Source: Promethearchaeati archaeon
GTDB lineage: Archaea; Asgardarchaeota; Heimdallarchaeia; JABLTI01
DNA: 49,751 nucleotides
Reading direction: 5' to 3'
Assembly: GCA_013166835.1 (NCBI GenBank)
Contig: JABLTI010000033.1
Span: 1 to 49,751, forward strand
A model generated the notes under the pieces. It saw only the letters and a list, made by a program, of their open reading frames with translations, was not told where the DNA came from and ran no database searches. Position 1 is the stretch's first letter; each line of letters opens with the position of its first letter. The position numbers were made by a program, and so were the translations under genes. This document shows, piece by piece, positions 48,568 through 49,751 of this stretch.

Positions 48568-49704
48568 TTAATCCGCAAAGTAATCATCCAGAGTAGTTTT
48601 TTTCTTAGCATCTTTATTGGATGGTTTATTCTTTATTGTTGTTATCGGGATTTGCTTTTTATTTTGCTTTTTTATTTCTGGTTTTTTAGATATTTTTTGT
48701 AGGCTTTGTTCTTCCTTTTTCCTTAAAGGAATTGCTGGGATGTTTAATTCATTGGTTATGGCTTTTGCTAATTTTTCTTCGAGACCATACATTGTGAATA
48801 TAAGTTCTGGAGATACTTCTTTGATATACTCAATTAATTCATGATAGTTTGCATGTGATGAAAGTGGGAAAGCGGCATCGTAATCCTTGTATATGAACCT
48901 AGAAGCCATTCCGGTCACAATCGCACTGCGATAATTGATATGTTCTTTGATGAAATATGGCACTATTTTTTTCTCTCGAGGTTGTATGATAATAGCTTCA
49001 CCATCACGTAATATTTCGCGCCCTTCTTCTGATTTAGAATCAAAGTAGTCTAGTTGAATTCCGTGTTTTTGATAAACATCACTTACGGAGGTTACTTCTC
49101 CATGAGTTACAACTCTAAGGTTGGTGAGATTGTTATACATCTTAATTAGTTCTTGGGCTGAACCTAGTTTACCTGCTGAAAATACGACATTTCGTTTCTC
49201 TTTTATAACATCAGCAGACCATTTCAGGATTTCCATAGAAATTTCTTCTCGAGATGGAAAAACTAGTTCCGGAGAACCAAAAGTTGCTTCTATAACAAGT
49301 ATATCCGCATCAATTTTTGCAACAGGTTCTTTTATTGTTAATTGTCCTCTTCCACCGATATCACTTGTAAATAAAATTATTTTATCATTGTAATTAATAG
49401 AAACAGAAGCTGAACCTAAGACATGACCAGATGAAACCAATCTCACATCTAAAGCAGGTATATCATGGTCAAAAGCAATTTTTTCATTAAATTGTGTAGG
49501 TTGAAAAGTTATTGGTCCAGTAGGTTTTTTCTGACAAAAGAATAAATCAATAGTTTCTTGTGTTGCTCGGGTTTTTGGATTAGAATACATGAAAGCAAAA
49601 TGATCAGAATGAGCATGGGTTACAATTGTTTGAGCATTTAGAGGAATTTTCGAGCTTTTACCATCAATTAACAATTTTTGATTATCTGGAAAATCGAATT
49701 GCAA
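48568..49704 (-). CDS. Metallo-beta-lactamase/beta-CASP nuclease
   Basis: THAHSDH, SGHVLGS, EATFG.P, G.AQE, SSHA; basic tail ending TTLDDYF (PIP-box-like). Confidence 0.9.
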   Translation of the reverse strand: MQFDFPDNQKLLIDGKSSKIPLNAQTIVTHAHSDHFAFMYSNPKTRATQETIDLFFCQKKPTGPITFQPTQFNEKIAFDHDIPALDVRLVSSGHVLGSASVSINYNDKIILFTSDIGGRGQLTIKEPVAKIDADILVIEATFGSPELVFPSREEISMEILKWSADVIKEKRNVVFSAGKLGSAQELIKMYNNLTNLRVVTHGEVTSVSDVYQKHGIQLDYFDSKSEEGREILRDGEAIIIQPREKKIVPYFIKEHINYRSAIVTGMASRFIYKDYDAAFPLSSHANYHELIEYIKEVSPELIFTMYGLEEKLAKAITNELNIPAIPLRKKEEQSLQKISKKPEIKKQNKKQIPITTIKNKPSNKDAKKKTTLDDYFAD

Positions 49705-49751
49705 GCCATTTCGATAATAGAATTTGTATATGGTTTACCCACCTTCAGTTA

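Noticed and set aside
2720-49393. Numerous 60-120 aa ORFs nested in or antisense to confident genes (e.g. 6567, 9888, 11237, 14001, 20372, 30327, 31800, 36813, 37411, 49121)
   Set aside because: Shadow frames with no motifs or start signals.
1-49751. tRNA, rRNA, CRISPR arrays, transposases or integrases
   Set aside because: No GC-rich cloverleaf, regular repeat-spacer array or recombinase motif was found by eye; small or atypical RNAs could have been missed.

Overview
AT-rich, gene-dense archaeal chromosome segment, most likely from an Asgard (Heimdallarchaeia-like) genome. This is an inference from the aIF6-rplX-pfdA-ftsY operon, PAN, archaeal DTD2, A/V-ATPase D, an Arf-family GTPase and GFIPGF-anchored surface proteins. 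About 48 CDS or pseudogenes; no rRNA, tRNA, CRISPR array or transposase seen. Main observations: (1) A cluster of paralogous GFIPGF-anchored surface proteins (3.9-8.9 kb) is bounded by two apparent illegitimate-recombination scars. On the left is an orphan 84-bp diverged copy of the 3' end of the neighbouring M14 desuccinylase gene, fused to a decayed paralog. On the right is a truncated degV. Together they suggest surface-gene cassette replacement from a related lineage. (2) A candidate leader-peptide translational attenuator lies upstream of a GNAT gene (42.3-42.55 kb). (3) The argF leader has an anti-SD that can pair in two alternative ways. (4) Two eukaryote-like architectures occur: Arf plus a longin/roadblock-like domain, and HEAT plus a PCI-like winged helix near PAN. 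(5) An unannotated 47-aa zinc-ribbon gene and an ABC ATPase with degenerate motifs are present. All family calls come from motif recognition by eye, not database searches.
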